Shown: positions 27,801-40,623 of the stretch, piece after piece | How positions within the stretch are numbered: the stretch's first letter is position 1 | Layout: each line of letters starts with the position of its first letter | NCBI GenBank assembly: GCA_000934665.2 | Contig: JYFJ02000400.1 | Span: 62,001 to 126,000 of the forward strand | Source of the DNA: Catajapyx aquilonaris | Taxonomy: Eukaryota | Length of the DNA stretch: 64,000 nt | Direction: 5' to 3' | Translations under genes and position numbers: made by a program | The notes under the pieces: generated by a model | Seen by the model: only the letters and a program-made list of their open reading frames with translations | What the model was told of the DNA's origin: nothing | Databases searched by the model: none

Positions 27801-30800
27801 GAATACACGCTGCACTCACAATGCCAGAACAGGAAACCATCACAATCTGCGAAGTCATCACAGAACACAAGGAGGGAGATTACAAACCTGGAGACCTTCC
27901 AAAACACATGGAAGCAGCCATCACACTACCAGAACAGGAAACAGTCACCATTAGCGAGATCATCACACAACTCAAAGAGGGAGACTATACACCTGGGGAA
28001 AAGGCTAAAGAGTTATATGCCGACGTTTCTCTTCCAGAACAAATGACCGCGACTAGCGTTAGACAGGTAGTTATTGGTCAAAAGGAAGGCGTTTACATGC
28101 CTGGAGACAAGCCGAAAGGTTTCCAGGCAGAGATGTCGATACCAGAGAGGCACACTGTCAGCATCAGCGAGGTGATTGTCAGCCAGAGCGAAACGGAGTT
28201 CAGCGAAGAGACGGTGAAGCGGGCCCAGGCGGCGATACGCATCCCAGAGCAGGAGACGATGGTCATCAGCGAGGTCATCAGCGATGATAAGGTGGACGAC
28301 TACAAGCCTGGAGACAAGCTGAGGGGGTACAAAGCGGCCGTGTCCATCCCGGAGCAGGAGGTCATCACAGTGTCCGAGGTCGTCACCCAGATCAAGGAAG
28401 GTCACTACAAACCTGGAGACAAACCAAGAGGTTCGTTGGCTGACATCACGATGCCGGAGCTACAAACAATCACCGTCAGCGAGGTCATCAGCGAGGATAA
28501 GGTGGACGACTACAAGCCTGGAGACAAGCTGAGGGGGTACAAAGCGGCCGTGTCCATCCCTGAGCAGGAGACGCTGACCATCTGCGAAGTTGTCATCGAG
28601 CAGAAAGAGGAAGACTACCAGCCAGGTGATCGTCCTAAGGGGCTGAAGGCTGGTGTCAGCATTCCCCAGAAGGAGACCATAACCATCCAGGAAGTGATCA
28701 CTGAGCAGAAGGAAGGAGAATACATACCTGGAAAGACATCACTAGGAGTTCAAGCAAAGGAAAGTATTCCCCAGTTCGAATCCTTGGAAGTTGCCCAGGT
28801 AACTCCTGAACAAAGGGCAAAGTCAAAGTCTCCTGAGCCAGCACCAGCCGAAGTTCAGGCCAAGACAAGCACGGAGCCGGAAGTCACTGGCAAGGTCACT
28901 ACTGAGAAGCCGGAGGTATTGCAGGCTGAAGAGAAGAAGGAGGAGGTGGTCGAGGAAGTTGTTCTGAAGAAGAAGAAGAGCAGGCCAGAGAAAGAAGAAG
29001 TGACTGAGGAGGTCTCTGAAACACTCACAATCGAAAAGGCAAAGCCAGAGCAGGCCACAGAAGTGGTTGAGGAAGAAATTATGGAGACAGTGAAAATACA
29101 CAAACCGAAAGTGGGAGAAATTAAGGAAGAAGTGGTTGAGGAAGTGGTCATCAAGAAGAAACCTAAGGAAGAAGTGACCGAAGAAGTCACTGAAGAAGTA
29201 ACCGTGGAAGAAGCCCCAGTGAAGCGCAAGGTGAAGAAGGTGAAGATCATCAAGAAGAAGGGTGAACAAGCGGAAGAAGTTGTTGAAGAATTCACCATTA
29301 AGCCAAAGAAAGCTGAAGTTAGTGAGGAGGTGGAGGAAGTCACCGAAGAAATCACCATCAAAAAGAAGGAGCCAGAGAAGCCCAAGATACTGGAAGTCAC
29401 TGAAGTATCTGAGGAAATAACGATCAAGAAGATAGCCAAGCCAGAGAGGCCTGAGATTACCGAGGTCGAAGAAGTCACGGAAGAAATCACTGTTAAGAAG
29501 CCAAAACCAGAAGAAGCAAAGATTACTCAGGTGGAAGAGGTGACTGAAGAAGTTACTGTCAAGAAACCCCAGATTCTGAAGAAGCCAAAGAAGGGAGAGG
29601 TCACGGAAACGGAAGAAGTGACCGAAGAAATTGTTATCAAACGCGAGAAACCGGAGGAAGTTAAAGTGACTGAAGTAGAGGAAGTGACAGGAGAGGTGAC
29701 GATTAAGAAGCCTCAAATCCTCAAGAAGCCTAAGAAAGGAGAGGTGACAGAAGTTGAGGAAGTAACGGAGGAAATTGTGATCAAGAGGGACAAGCCTGAA
29801 GAAGGAAAAGTGACAGAAGTGGAAGAAGTGACGGAAAAGGTGACCGTGAAGAAGCCAAAGGTGCTGAAAAAGCCAAAAGAAGGTGAGGTCAGCGAAACAG
29901 TGGAAATCACCGAAGAAATAACAATCAAGAGAGAGAAACCGGAAGAAGCGAAGGTGACAGAAACTGAAGAGGTGTCTGCAGAGGTTACGATCAAGAAGCC
30001 ACAGGTTCTCAAGAAGCCTAAAAAGGGCGAGGTCATCGAAACTGAGGAAGTGACAGAAGAAATTGTCATCAAGCGTGACAAGCCAGAGGAAGTTAAGGTG
30101 ACGGAGGTAGAGGAAGTGACAGGTGAAATAACCATCAAGAAACCTCAGGTACTCAAGAAGCCTAAAAAGGGCGAGGTCACCGAAACGGAGGAAGTGACAG
30201 AAGAAATTGTCATCAAACGTGACAAACCGGAAGAAGGGAAGGTCACTGAAGTGGAAGAGGTGACTGAAAAGGTGACCATTAAGAAGCCAAAGGTGTTGAA
30301 AAAGCCAAAAGAAGGAGAGGTTACTGAAACCGTGGAAGTCACCGAGGAAATTCTTATTAAGAAAGATAAACCTGAAGAAGCCAAAGTTACAGAGGTTGAA
30401 GAGCTGGCTGAGGTGACAATTAAGAAAGTCAAGCCAGAGGAGCCTAAAGTTGTGGAGGAAGAAGAAGTAACTCAGCAAATCACATTGAAAAAGAAACCGA
30501 AAGTTCAGGAAGTAACTGAAGAGGAGGTGACCGAAGAAGTCACAATTAAGAAGAAGAAACCGAAGAAGCCAAAGGTAGTGGAAGAAGTGGCTGAAGAAAT
30601 TGTAATTAAGAAATTTGTGGAACAACCTGAGGAAGAAGTGGCAGAAATTACATTGAAGAAGGCTCCACAAAAGGCTGAAGTGATTGAGGAGGTTACTGAA
30701 GAAGTCACCATCAAGAAATTAAAGCCAGAAGAGCCAAAGGTGGAAGTGGAAGAGGTTTCTGAAGAGATTACAATCAAGAAGAAACCGAAGAAGCCAAAAG

Positions 30801-33800
30801 AGAAGCCAGTGGAAGAAGTGAGTGAAGAGATTACAATCAAAAAGGTTGTGACCGAAGAGCCAAAGGAAGAGGAGGTAGAGGAAGCTGTCACCATAATCAA
30901 GAAGAAGAAAGAGGAGCCCAAGGTTGAAGAGGTTGAGGAGGTGACTGAAGAAATTAAAATCAAGAAGAAGAAGCCAAAAGAGAAGCCAGTGGAAGAAGTA
31001 AGCGAGGAAGTCACGATCAAAAGGGTTGTACCTGAGGAACCAAAAGAGGAAGAGGTTGAGGAAGCTGTCACTATTATAAAGAAGAAGAAAGAAGAGCCTA
31101 AAATCGAGGAGGTTGAAGAGGTGACCGAGGAAATTAAGATCAAGAAGAAGAAGCCAAAAGAGAAACCTGTGGAGGAAGTGAGCGAGGAGGTTACCATCAA
31201 GAAACATGTGCCAGAAGAACCTAAGGAGGAGGAAGTTGAAGAAGCTGTGACCATAATCAAGAAGAAAGAGAAGCCCAAGGTTGAAGAGGTCGAAGAGGTG
31301 ACCGAGGAAATTACGATCAAGAAGAAGAAGAAGCCGAAGGAGAAGCCTGTTGAAGAAGTGAGCGAGGAAGTTACTATCAAGAAACACGTTCCTGAAGAGC
31401 CAAAAGAAGAAGAAGTTGAGGAAGCTGTCACTATAATCAAGAAGAAGGAGAAGCCTAAGGTTGAAGAGGTCGAAGAGGTGACTGAGGAAATTAAGATCAA
31501 GAAGAAGAAGCCAAAGGAGAAGCCTGTTGAAGAAGTGAGCGAGGAAGTGACCATCAAGAAACACGTGCCAGAAGAACCCAAGGAGGAGGAAGTTGAAGAA
31601 GCTGTCACCATAATCAAGAAGAAAGAAAAGCCCAAGGTTGAAGAGGTTGAGGAGGTGACCGAAGAAATTAAGATCAAGAAGAAGAAGCCAAAAGAGAAGC
31701 CTGTGGAAGAAGTGAGTGAGGAAGTGACCATCAAGAAACATGTGCCAGAAGGGCCAAAAGAGGAAGAAGAAGTGGAAGAATCCGTCACCATTATTAAGAA
31801 GAAAGACAAACCCAAAGTCGAAGAAGTGGAGGAGGTTTCAGAGGAAATAACCCTGAAAAAGAAACCAAAGAAGAAGAAGGAAACTGAAGAGGTCAGCGAG
31901 GAAATAACTGTCAAGAAATATGTGAAAGAAGAGCCCAAGGAGGAGGAAGAGGAGGTCACTGAAGAAGTGACCATACCCAGACGCAGGTACTCCAAACAGG
32001 ACTTGGACGAAGAGAAGGTCACCATTAGGCAGAAGGAAGAGACCTACGAAGAGATTGAAGGCGACTTTAAGGTAAGGCTCAGGAAGAAGAAGAAGCCCAT
32101 TGAAGAAAGCGAGGCTTCACTGGAAGTGAAGATCATCAAGGAAATAGAGCCCGAATCAGACGAGGAAGAGAGCGTCGAGATATCCCTCAGGAAGGAGCGA
32201 CCATATCACATCGAAGAAGTGGAGGAGTCTTTCCAGATCAAGAAGCCAAAGAAGAAGGTGATTCGGCAAATTGGAGAAGACGTTGAAGAGACGATGCAAA
32301 TCAAGATTCCAGCCAAACCTAAAGCTCCAGCACCTACGATGCCTGAAGGTACACTGTACATTGTACATTATTAATGAACTGTAATAACTCATGTTCACAC
32401 TTTGCAGAGGAAAGTGTCAGCTTTGGACTCACCTTGGAAAGTACAATTTATCAGGAAAGAGACGGTAAGTGTTCACATGCACTGACTTGAGACATCCTAT
32501 ATTAATTCTGACTCTCTTATGCAGTTGGAGAGGAAATAGTGCTGGAGGATGTCCATTCCGGTGACATCTTCTTTGCTGTTTGCTCCTACCTGGCAGAGAA
32601 TGAAGAATCGCTCAACCTCGTTGAAGGAGAAAAAGTTTATGTGATTGGTAAGTTTAATGCACGCGTATTGTGATTACTGGTTTTATTATATGCCGTATTA
32701 TTCATGCAGAATGGAAGGATTCCGAGTGGTGGCTGGTGAAGAAGCACCTGACGGAAGAGACAGGTTGGGTTCCTGCCAAATATCTCACCACCGAGGGCAA
32801 CTATGTCACATATGTCACCAAGAAGCTCAGAGAGAGGATTGACAAGCTTCCAGTATTTGAGAGTAAGTTATTGGACTGTGCTGATTGTTACTGTTGGGCA
32901 CGTACTAATTGCATTTTGTTTCCAGAACCAACTCCAGGCCAGAAGGCATCGGCTCCTCGCTTCACAGAAAAACTTCGTCCAGTCCATGCTCCAGACGGAA
33001 GCACTGTACAATTCGAGTGTCGTGTGGAAGGCAATCCTCGTCCTGTTATAACCTGGTTCCGACAGACTGCAATCATCAAACAGTCCCAGGACTTCCAGAT
33101 ATTCTACGAGGAGACAAACCAGGTGACCCTGGTCATTCGGGAGGTGTTCCCAGAGGATGCTGGTACCTTCACATGTGTGGCCAAGAATTCGGCCGGTTTC
33201 GCCTCCAGTTCTGCGGAACTCATTGTGGAAGCCCCTCTGAGCCAACATGGATCAGACATCACAAGTCCAACCCGCAGGAGTCTCTCAAGGGAGTCATCGC
33301 TTGCAGACATCCTGGAGGGAATCCCACCCACGTTTGCTCAAAAGCCTCGCTTCAAAACGGTGGATGAAGGCTCCACGGTTGAGCTTGAATGCCGGCTGGT
33401 TGCTATTCCTGAGCCAGAAGTCAAGTGGTATTACAAGGAGAAGGAGATCAAACAGACCAAGAGGGTCACTGTGACCACACAATCTGACATACACATGTAC
33501 TGCACTATCGTGAAGATAAAGGGAGTGAAGCCTGAAGAGGAAGGAATGTATGAGGTGGTGGCTAAGAACCGTGAAGGCGAGGCCTCTGTTACACTAGTCC
33601 TCAGTGTTGTGCCAAAGGTAATATTTTATGATTACAGGTTGAAAAATTACAGTCAAATAATACTCATCTTGTTTTGTCAGGGTGCAACTAAGCAACCTCC
33701 GAAGATCCTGGAACCTCTGAAGAGCACCCAGGCCAAAGTGGATGAACCTGTCACCTTCACAACCCGCATCAAGGGTATCCCGACTCCTAAAGTGACCTGG

Positions 33801-36800
33801 TACCGCAATGGAGTAGAGCTGATCCCAAGTGATGTCCGAAAGGTCAAGTCAGACGGTGACCTCCATACCCTTACTATCACAAGAACTGGAAAGGACGATG
33901 ATGGAGACTATCTTGTTAATGCTGAGAATGAGGTTGGCACTGCGCAGACCTCAGCCACATTGTCGGTTGAACCATCCGGACCTGACTTTGTGCAAAAGTT
34001 GGAGGACATGGAGGTCAAAGAGACGGAGACGGCTTATTTTGTGGTTGAGGTTTCCGATGACAAGACACCTGTTACCTGGCACAAGGTGAGTGTTGATCTG
34101 AATTTAGCAGAATTTATTTTCGAGAAGTATGTGACAACATATTGTGCTCTATTTGTATTATCAGGATGGAGAACCTCTCTCAGAAAAGGATGACAGATAT
34201 GATTATGTTAAGGAAGGACGTGTTAGGAAACTATTGCTGCGCAGTGCATCAGTGCATGATGAAGGTGAATACACGTGCGTACTGGGAGAGCAGGAGTGCA
34301 CTGCGGAACTCACTGTGGTGGAGCTGCCTCCTGAGTTTGTGAAGAAACTGCAGGATGTGACCGTGCCCCGATCTGAGCGGGCTGTGTTTGAGATTGAGTT
34401 GACCAAGGGAGATGCTCGGGTCCGCTGGTTCAAGGATAACAAGGAGATCCAGTTCTCAGAGCATGTTCAGCTTGCCATCAACGGAAAGCAACAGAGACTT
34501 ATGGTCTACAATTCTGACTTTGAGGACATGGGAAAATACGCATGCCAAGTAGGAGACCAGAGGTGCACCGCAAACCTGAAAGTAGAAGGTAAAATATCTG
34601 TTGCGATCAATGTGCAGTCTTTGGTATCAAATTTTTAATTTTATTGCACTGTCCTTCAGAACCGGCTGTGAGCTTTGTGGTGAAGCTTCCTGAAGTGACA
34701 AAGACTCCAGTGAACAAGGATGTCACCCTCACTGCACAACTTTCACGACCCAATGTTGAAGTCACCTGGCTGAAGTATGTCTGGATATGCACATGTGACA
34801 GACACATTTTACTTACCTTTTTCCTTCCTTCCACAGGAACGGAAAGCTGATAAAGCCTTCGGATAAGTGCAAGCCTGTCGTTGACGGGGCTGTTAGGAAG
34901 CTGATCATAAAATCTGCCACTCTTGATGATCAGGCGGAATACACCTGTGTCGCTATCAATGTGAGGACCAGTACCAAACTGAAGGTCGAAGGTATGTCAT
35001 ATCATTATACAATAAACTGAAGTGCACGGATAATAATTTTTTAATTGTTCCAGTGGTTGAAACTGCTCCAAAGGTGAACTTGGACAAGAATGTGTTCAAG
35101 GTGAAGAAGGGAGAGGACATAACCATCACTGTTCCATTCTCGGGGACACCAACACCAACTGTTGAATGGGTCTTTGCTTCCAAGACCATCAAGAAGACCA
35201 AGAAGGTATTTTACTTATCAAAAGGTTTGAAAGCTGTTATCTGACACTTGTTGTTTTCTAGACCACATTTACTTCAACGGAAGAGAGTGCGAGTTTGACC
35301 ATCAAGCAGGCTGAGAAGCCAGATGCTGGAAACTATACACTCAAGCTCAAGAATAATTGTGGTGAAGCTAGTGCTGAGCTGACTCTCATTATTTTGGGTA
35401 AGGATGTGTTCGATCAGTGTGACATGAAAGTATTGTTACGTGTTGAGGTACACATGTGTAATGAAACCGCTTTAATTGACTAGAAATTCCAAGCAAACCT
35501 GGTGTCCCTGAATCCACTGAGATCACCAACGACTCAATCACAATTCACTGGAAATCACCTGAGAGTGATGGAAACAGCCCCATCACCAACTACATCCTGG
35601 AGCAACATGACCGAGGAGAATTCACGTAAGTTTCAATTACCCTTTAGAGATCCAGACATGTTCGTAGTAACTAATACTAACAAATCAAATCATCAGGTGG
35701 ATTAAGATCAACGAGACATATACAATCACGGAGACTACCTACAAGGTCACCAAGTTAACCACGAACAAAGAGATGACCTTCAGAGTCACAGCTGTGAATG
35801 AGGTTGGTCCGAGCGAGCCTTCAAACGGATCACCTTTCTTCAAGATCACTGTCCCGGTGAAGCCAGAGCCGCCTCAGATAATTGAGCCTCTGAAGGGTAC
35901 TGTTGTTGGACTGAAACAACAGGTGACACTATCCACTGTGATCAAGGGAGTTCCGACACCAGAAATCAAATGGTGAGTCCCCACATAGATTATAAGTCGG
36001 TATAATAACTCATGCATGTTCATCGGCAGGCTGAAGAATGGAAAGCCATTCAGGACCAAGAAGATGACTTACGAGAACAATGTGGCCAAGATAATAATTC
36101 CTGAGTCCACTCCAGACACAGCCGGAAAGTACACATGCCAAGCCAGCAATCCAGCTGGGTCCGCAGAAACAACATGTGAACTGAAGATCCAAGGTATGCC
36201 GGAGTAAATTATATTACTTCAGATTAAAGTCTTGTTGAATTATGCTAAACTAATATATTCTGAATGTGTTTGCAGATGCCCCGAAACTGGAGGTGGATGA
36301 GAGCAGCAAGGTTCAGAAGCTGAATGTCACCAGCCAATGGAAGGTACAGGTGACCTACTCCGGTTATCCGAAGCCAAAAGTCATCTGGATGAAGGACAAG
36401 ACCACATTAGAGTCCAGCAAACACTGTGTTATACATGTTGAGGAGACCACGACGACCATTGCCATCTACTCCCTTGAACGTGACGATTCAGCAACCTACA
36501 CAATCACAGCCAAGAACGAGGCCGGAACCACTTCGCAGGACATTATCCTCAAAGTTGTTGGTGAGTTCAGGTTCAATTTTCATTCCCTCCCCCCAAAAAC
36601 TTCATGCTGCTATCTTTATTTTCTTTAATTACACGTAACACTTTGCAAGACACATAGTCGCTTTTGCCTTTTTTTTATATAAAGTATTGTATTAGGACAT
36701 AATTATTACACAACCAATAATCCTCTATGATGCTTCCCGTGCAGATGACACGCCTCGAAGGAGTAAATCTAGATCGCCTAGCCAGGAACTCATTGGTAAA

Positions 36801-39800
36801 TACTGGTTTTAGAACATGCCACAAAAAAAAATATTTAATAACACAGGTGGATCCCTCTGCCGCATTAATTTTATTTTTTCCAATACCTTTATAACTTTGC
36901 TAATCCAATGGTTACATTTCGCTTCATCCGTTTCCCACGATGAAGCGATTAATTAAACCATTGTCGAGGACGCCCAAATTGATATGATAATGAATATTCT
37001 ATTATCTTATCATTTGGTGTGGCCGTCATTTTTAACTTCTCTCTGGTGGTGTAGAGTTGGATTTTTTTTTTCACATAATATTCACACCCTGTTTTTCCAC
37101 ATTGTGTATTTTACACATCTCTTTGGCAAATACTCTGCTGCTGCTGCTTTGATTTTGCGAAATACTCTCTCAAGCTTTTTTTCACGCCTTTGCCCACTTT
37201 TTGGTTTTATACGTAACATTTTTAACACAGATATTGCTTTTTTTTTTAAAGGCTTCTTAAATATTTTTGTACCATCACAATTTGTGATTTTGTTGAATAT
37301 TGTTGAGCATTCCAGCGTGTTTTTTCAAAAGCTTTTTTAAAATTACTGTTGTCATGAATTATTTACAAATTATTTACATTCCAGAAACACATGGGGGTTG
37401 GACTAACAAAATTACATGTGAAACTTCGATGAAACAACATTTTTCAACATCATATGTTTACGACATTGTTGTTATCTGCGATGGAGGCAATGATGTTATG
37501 TCATGTATGTTTCTGAAAAGAAAGTCTACATTCTTTAAAAAATTATGTTTCAAAAAAAAAATTTGATATGTTTGCACCAACATTTTTGGCAAGCAAATAC
37601 GAAATGTTGTCGCATTTCTTTACGGAAACCCCGACATGATGGTCACATATGATGGGTTAGTTTCATCAAAGTTTTTCACATTAACACTGCCAAATATTAT
37701 TTTGCACTGACATCCATAATGGTGACAAATGGTATCAGGGCAATACCACTGATAAAATACCCTGCCTAACTGTACTTTTCTATTTTGACTGTCTCTTCAG
37801 TGAAGATAGCAAAAAGGCCCTGCACTGATTTTGATTTGATTTCCCTCCCCGACCAGCCCAGCTAAACACGGACTCCGAGTCTGACACCAAATGCAAACGT
37901 TTAATGCCGATTTGTGCATGCTTTTTAGACAAACCCAGTGCTCCGGAGGCCCTCAAGGTGAAGAAGGTAGAGAAGGAGTCCGTTACACTGGAATGGAAAC
38001 CACCAGCAGATGATGGCGGACTGGATATTTCCAGCTATTCCATCGAGAAGTGTGACACTGATAAGCAAATTTGGATGAAGGCAAGTGTCACCGTTATCAA
38101 AGTCGCTCCTGCAAAAATTGTGACCCTCAAACTTACATCTGAAGCTCATAAATTGCATTTTACCGTTGATGTGAATTTTAGAATGTAAAATTAATTTCCA
38201 GTTAGGAACAATATTTATAATTAATAATTTATTACAGGTGGCTGATGTTGAAGGGGAGATCACATCGTACTCAATCCAGAGACTGATTGAAGGAGCCGAG
38301 TACATTTTCAGGATAATGGCAGCTAATCCGGTTGGAAAATCAGAAGCCACAGAGAGCGAGGCCATTCTTGTTAAGGATAAATATGGTACGTCATCTAAAT
38401 CTTACACTCATGACTATTTCTTGCACATTCACCTTACAATATAAATTTGCTTCTCCATTATTGTGGCCACCAAAGTGTTATGTAAATGGTGTGTATGACT
38501 TCCCTAATTAAAATTCTGCAGAAAAACCATCACCACCTAGAGGACCATTTGAAGTCACCAATATGACAGACACATCTTTCACCCTCCGCTGGATCTGTCC
38601 CGAGTCGGATGGAGGATCACCAATCACTGAGTACCTGGTGGAGCGAAGAGAGATGAACAAGAAGGCCTGGCAGAAAGCAGGCTCCTCCGAATCCGTGACT
38701 CTGGAAGTCAGTGGGCTGAAAAGCAGTGTCACTTATCACTTCCGGGTGACTGCAATCAATGTAGCTGGACCTAGCCAACCTTATGCACCAGAAGAACCGA
38801 TCACTGTAGGGAAGAAGGCATCACCTCCTTCGAAGCCCAACAATCTCAGCGTCACAAACGTCACCAGCCGCAGCGTCACCCTGATGTGGGCACCACCAAG
38901 CAGCAACGGTGGTGCTGAACTCACCGGCTACATTGTGGAGAAGAGACTTGCAACCAGCGAAAAGTGGCAGAAGCTTGTTACACTTGAGTCTTCAGTGACA
39001 CAATACACCATTGAGAAGCTCAAGGAAAAGTGTGAATTTGTCTTCCGAGTATACGCAGAGAACTCTGCAGGTCTGAGTGAGCCAGCGCAGACCCAGAAAG
39101 TCAGTCTCAAGACCCATGCAAGTAAGTGTCTACTCAATCAATTGTGCAATGAGTACGGTGATGTAATATTAACAATGCGATTCTCCACAGCTGTTCCTTC
39201 TCCACCCTCCGCACCACTCGAGATCCGTCCACACGGACCCAACTCGATAATGATTGAGTGGGGCATTCCAGAGAGTGATGGAGGAGCACCTATTGAGGCT
39301 TACTCTATTGCTGTGCGTGACACCCGCAAGACAATGTGGATGGAAGTCGGGCAGGTAAAAGCGGATGTGCAGAAGCTGAACATTCGCGACCTACAAGAAG
39401 GCCATGAATACTACCTGAGGATCTTTGCACGGAACGAGGTTGGGCTCAGCGACCCGCTTGAGTCTGACGAGCCAATTAAAGTCATCAGGCCCTCAGGTAA
39501 ACACACTTGATTTACGCTTGATTCTGAGACCTTGTTAAATAACTAGATATAGGCTAGTGTTTAGCAGATATGTTACGGTAATTGACTGATGGCGACTTTT
39601 TCAGAGATGGACATGGAGGAGGTGAGAAAGGCTGTGGAAGCAGACAAGGACCACACACCGTCCCTCAGCTTCAGCACAGAGACTACTACTTCGTGGATGA
39701 GGTCGGCAGGAATGGACGCGGACATCAGATCCTACTCCAGGGGGTCCGTCCTCAGGAGGAACGAGTACTTCTTCCGCATCTGGTGCAATGCCGATCAGCT

Positions 39801-39810
39801 ATTCAAGTAA
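1810..39810 (+). CDS. sls: Titin-like giant muscle protein (sallimus/D-titin/I-connectin type), 3' portion; gene starts upstream of the window
   Basis: Exons inferred from splice sites and frame continuity: 1810-6894, 9390-32348 (possibly split at 16935-17162), 32408-32464, 32525-32647, 32710-32862, 32926-33617, 33681-34085, 34165-34588, 34660-34774, 34837-34991, 35054-35205, 35262-35397, 35484-35625, 35697-35972, 36030-36193, 36276-36560, 37929-38080, 38238-38385, 38522-39121, 39191-39496, 39605-39810 (TAA). PEVK-like repeats, then SH3, 7 Ig, Fn3, 2 Ig, 4 Fn3 and a short tail with no kinase domain match arthropod Sallimus rather than projectin/twitchin. Confidence 0.88.
2673..4530 (+). repeat. 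Coding tandem repeat, 171-nt / 57-aa unit (KPEKPEEVRLKPTRREPKPRPEEETEQVTLKPVVRDEKVTEEETVTEVTWRRGVRED), about 9 well-conserved plus 2 degenerate copies
   Basis: The unit start aaacctgaaaagcc recurs near 2673, 2845, 3015, 3186, 3357, 3528, 3699, 3870 and 4041. Confidence 0.9.
7970..8062. mobile_element. 93-bp MITE with about 21-bp TIRs (CAGTAGAACCCCGATTATCCG), Tc1/pogo-like termini
   Basis: cagtagaaccccgattatccg ... cggataatcggggttctactg; TA on the left flank, but the right flank is AA. Confidence 0.7.
9390..32348 (+). CDS. sls: Giant titin exon block (22,959 nt open frame, phase 1-1)
   Basis: Acceptor ttattacAG at 9388-9389 and donor G|GTACAC at 32349, inside the 7666-aa ORF. Confidence 0.85.
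18500..28800 (+). repeat. Coding tandem array of about 95-100 copies of a 35-aa (105-nt) unit, EQKEGEYKPGDKPKGYQADVTIPEQETISVSEVVT
   Basis: Regular periodicity in the translation, often alternating IPEQE..SE and VNEQQ..RE variants. Copy number is estimated from span/105. Confidence 0.9.
28900..32348 (+). repeat. PEVK-like E/K/V/T-rich repeats, including about 6 near-identical 60-aa units at about 30790-31900
   Basis: KKPKEKPVEEVSEEVTIKKHVPEEPKEEEVEEAVTIIKKKEKPKVEEVEEVTEEIKIKK recurs about every 180 nt. Confidence 0.88.
32525..32862 (+). CDS. sls: SH3 domain exons of the titin-like gene (32525-32647, 32710-32862)
   Basis: Spliced translation FAVCSYLAENEESLNLVEGEKVYVIEWKDSEWWLVKKHLTEETGWVPAKYL has the SH3 hallmarks (WW, GWVPxxY). 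Confidence 0.9.
32926..39810 (+). CDS. sls: Ig-I/Fn3 C-terminal exons and terminal exon of the titin-like gene
   Basis: Ig motifs (CRVEGNPRPVITWF, DAGTFTCVAKN), Fn3 motifs (WKPPADDGG, YIFRIMAAN), and a final exon ending RRNEYFFRIWCNADQLFK*. Confidence 0.9.
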
Positions 39811-40099
39811 ATTTTAATCGAGTGGCACATCCACATCACTATATGTTACGCATTCCGTCCTGTCGAACACATTTATAACAGGAAACCAGAAATAAGTGAC
39901 CTGTTTTTATAAGTTCGTTGTAAATACAACATGCATAACTCTTGATTATGAGGAAATGACTAGTCAAAGAAATCAACAAGAACACTTGATGATATAATAT
40001 GTACGAACGACTTTTTTTTTTTGCATGCAAACTGTATAATGATATCTAGGAAGAAGTTTTCACTCTCATCACCAGGGTCAATTTATTATTAAAGGCGAC

Positions 40100-40623
40100 A
40101 TTTTAATAGCCTTTCTCTCTCTTTTTGTTGATGTTTTTATATAGGCTACTGTGATAATTTCTTGAAACAGCAGAGAAGCAAGTTTTTTTGCAAGATTGTG
40201 AGCATCCAAGCTGAATGCTGTTCTCAAGTGGATTATTAACAACAATGTTGGTGCTTGATAATTAAATATTGTTGGCAAAATACACATCAACTTTATTTTT
40301 GGACGCCTGTTTACAAATTTCAGGTAGTCGGGTTGTGTGTTTGCCTACAGCAGCTCAAGATTGCATGTGTCAAGTGGTGACAGTCATTATTATTATTTCC
40401 CATTCTTCTATTACACTCAAGAGTACAACAAAGCATGAAACCTGTTGCATTGTCCTGGAGTAATATTTTATGAGTCAGTAGGCCTACTTGTATGTCACTT
40501 TAGACTGTTGGAGCCTTCAAGGTTCAAGTCTGGTACCAGTTGCTTAGTATTTAAGTCGGAACCAGAAGTGTGTAATGGGCAAGTTAAATAATGTGGCAAG
40601 TGGATGGAGTATTTGAATGAGAT
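40100..40623 (+). repeat. About 520-bp segment duplicated directly at 62430-62946
   Basis: Shared blocks such as ataggctactgtgataatttcttgaaacagcagagaagcaag and taggcctacttgtatgtcac occur at both places. Confidence 0.9.

Noticed and set aside
18500..28800. Regular repeats as a CRISPR-like or satellite array
   Set aside because: In-frame coding repeats with synonymous variation and no repeat-spacer structure; the context is eukaryotic.
32926..39810. Projectin/twitchin or obscurin identity
   Set aside because: No kinase or RhoGEF domain and no Fn-Fn-Ig super-repeat; the layout fits Sallimus.
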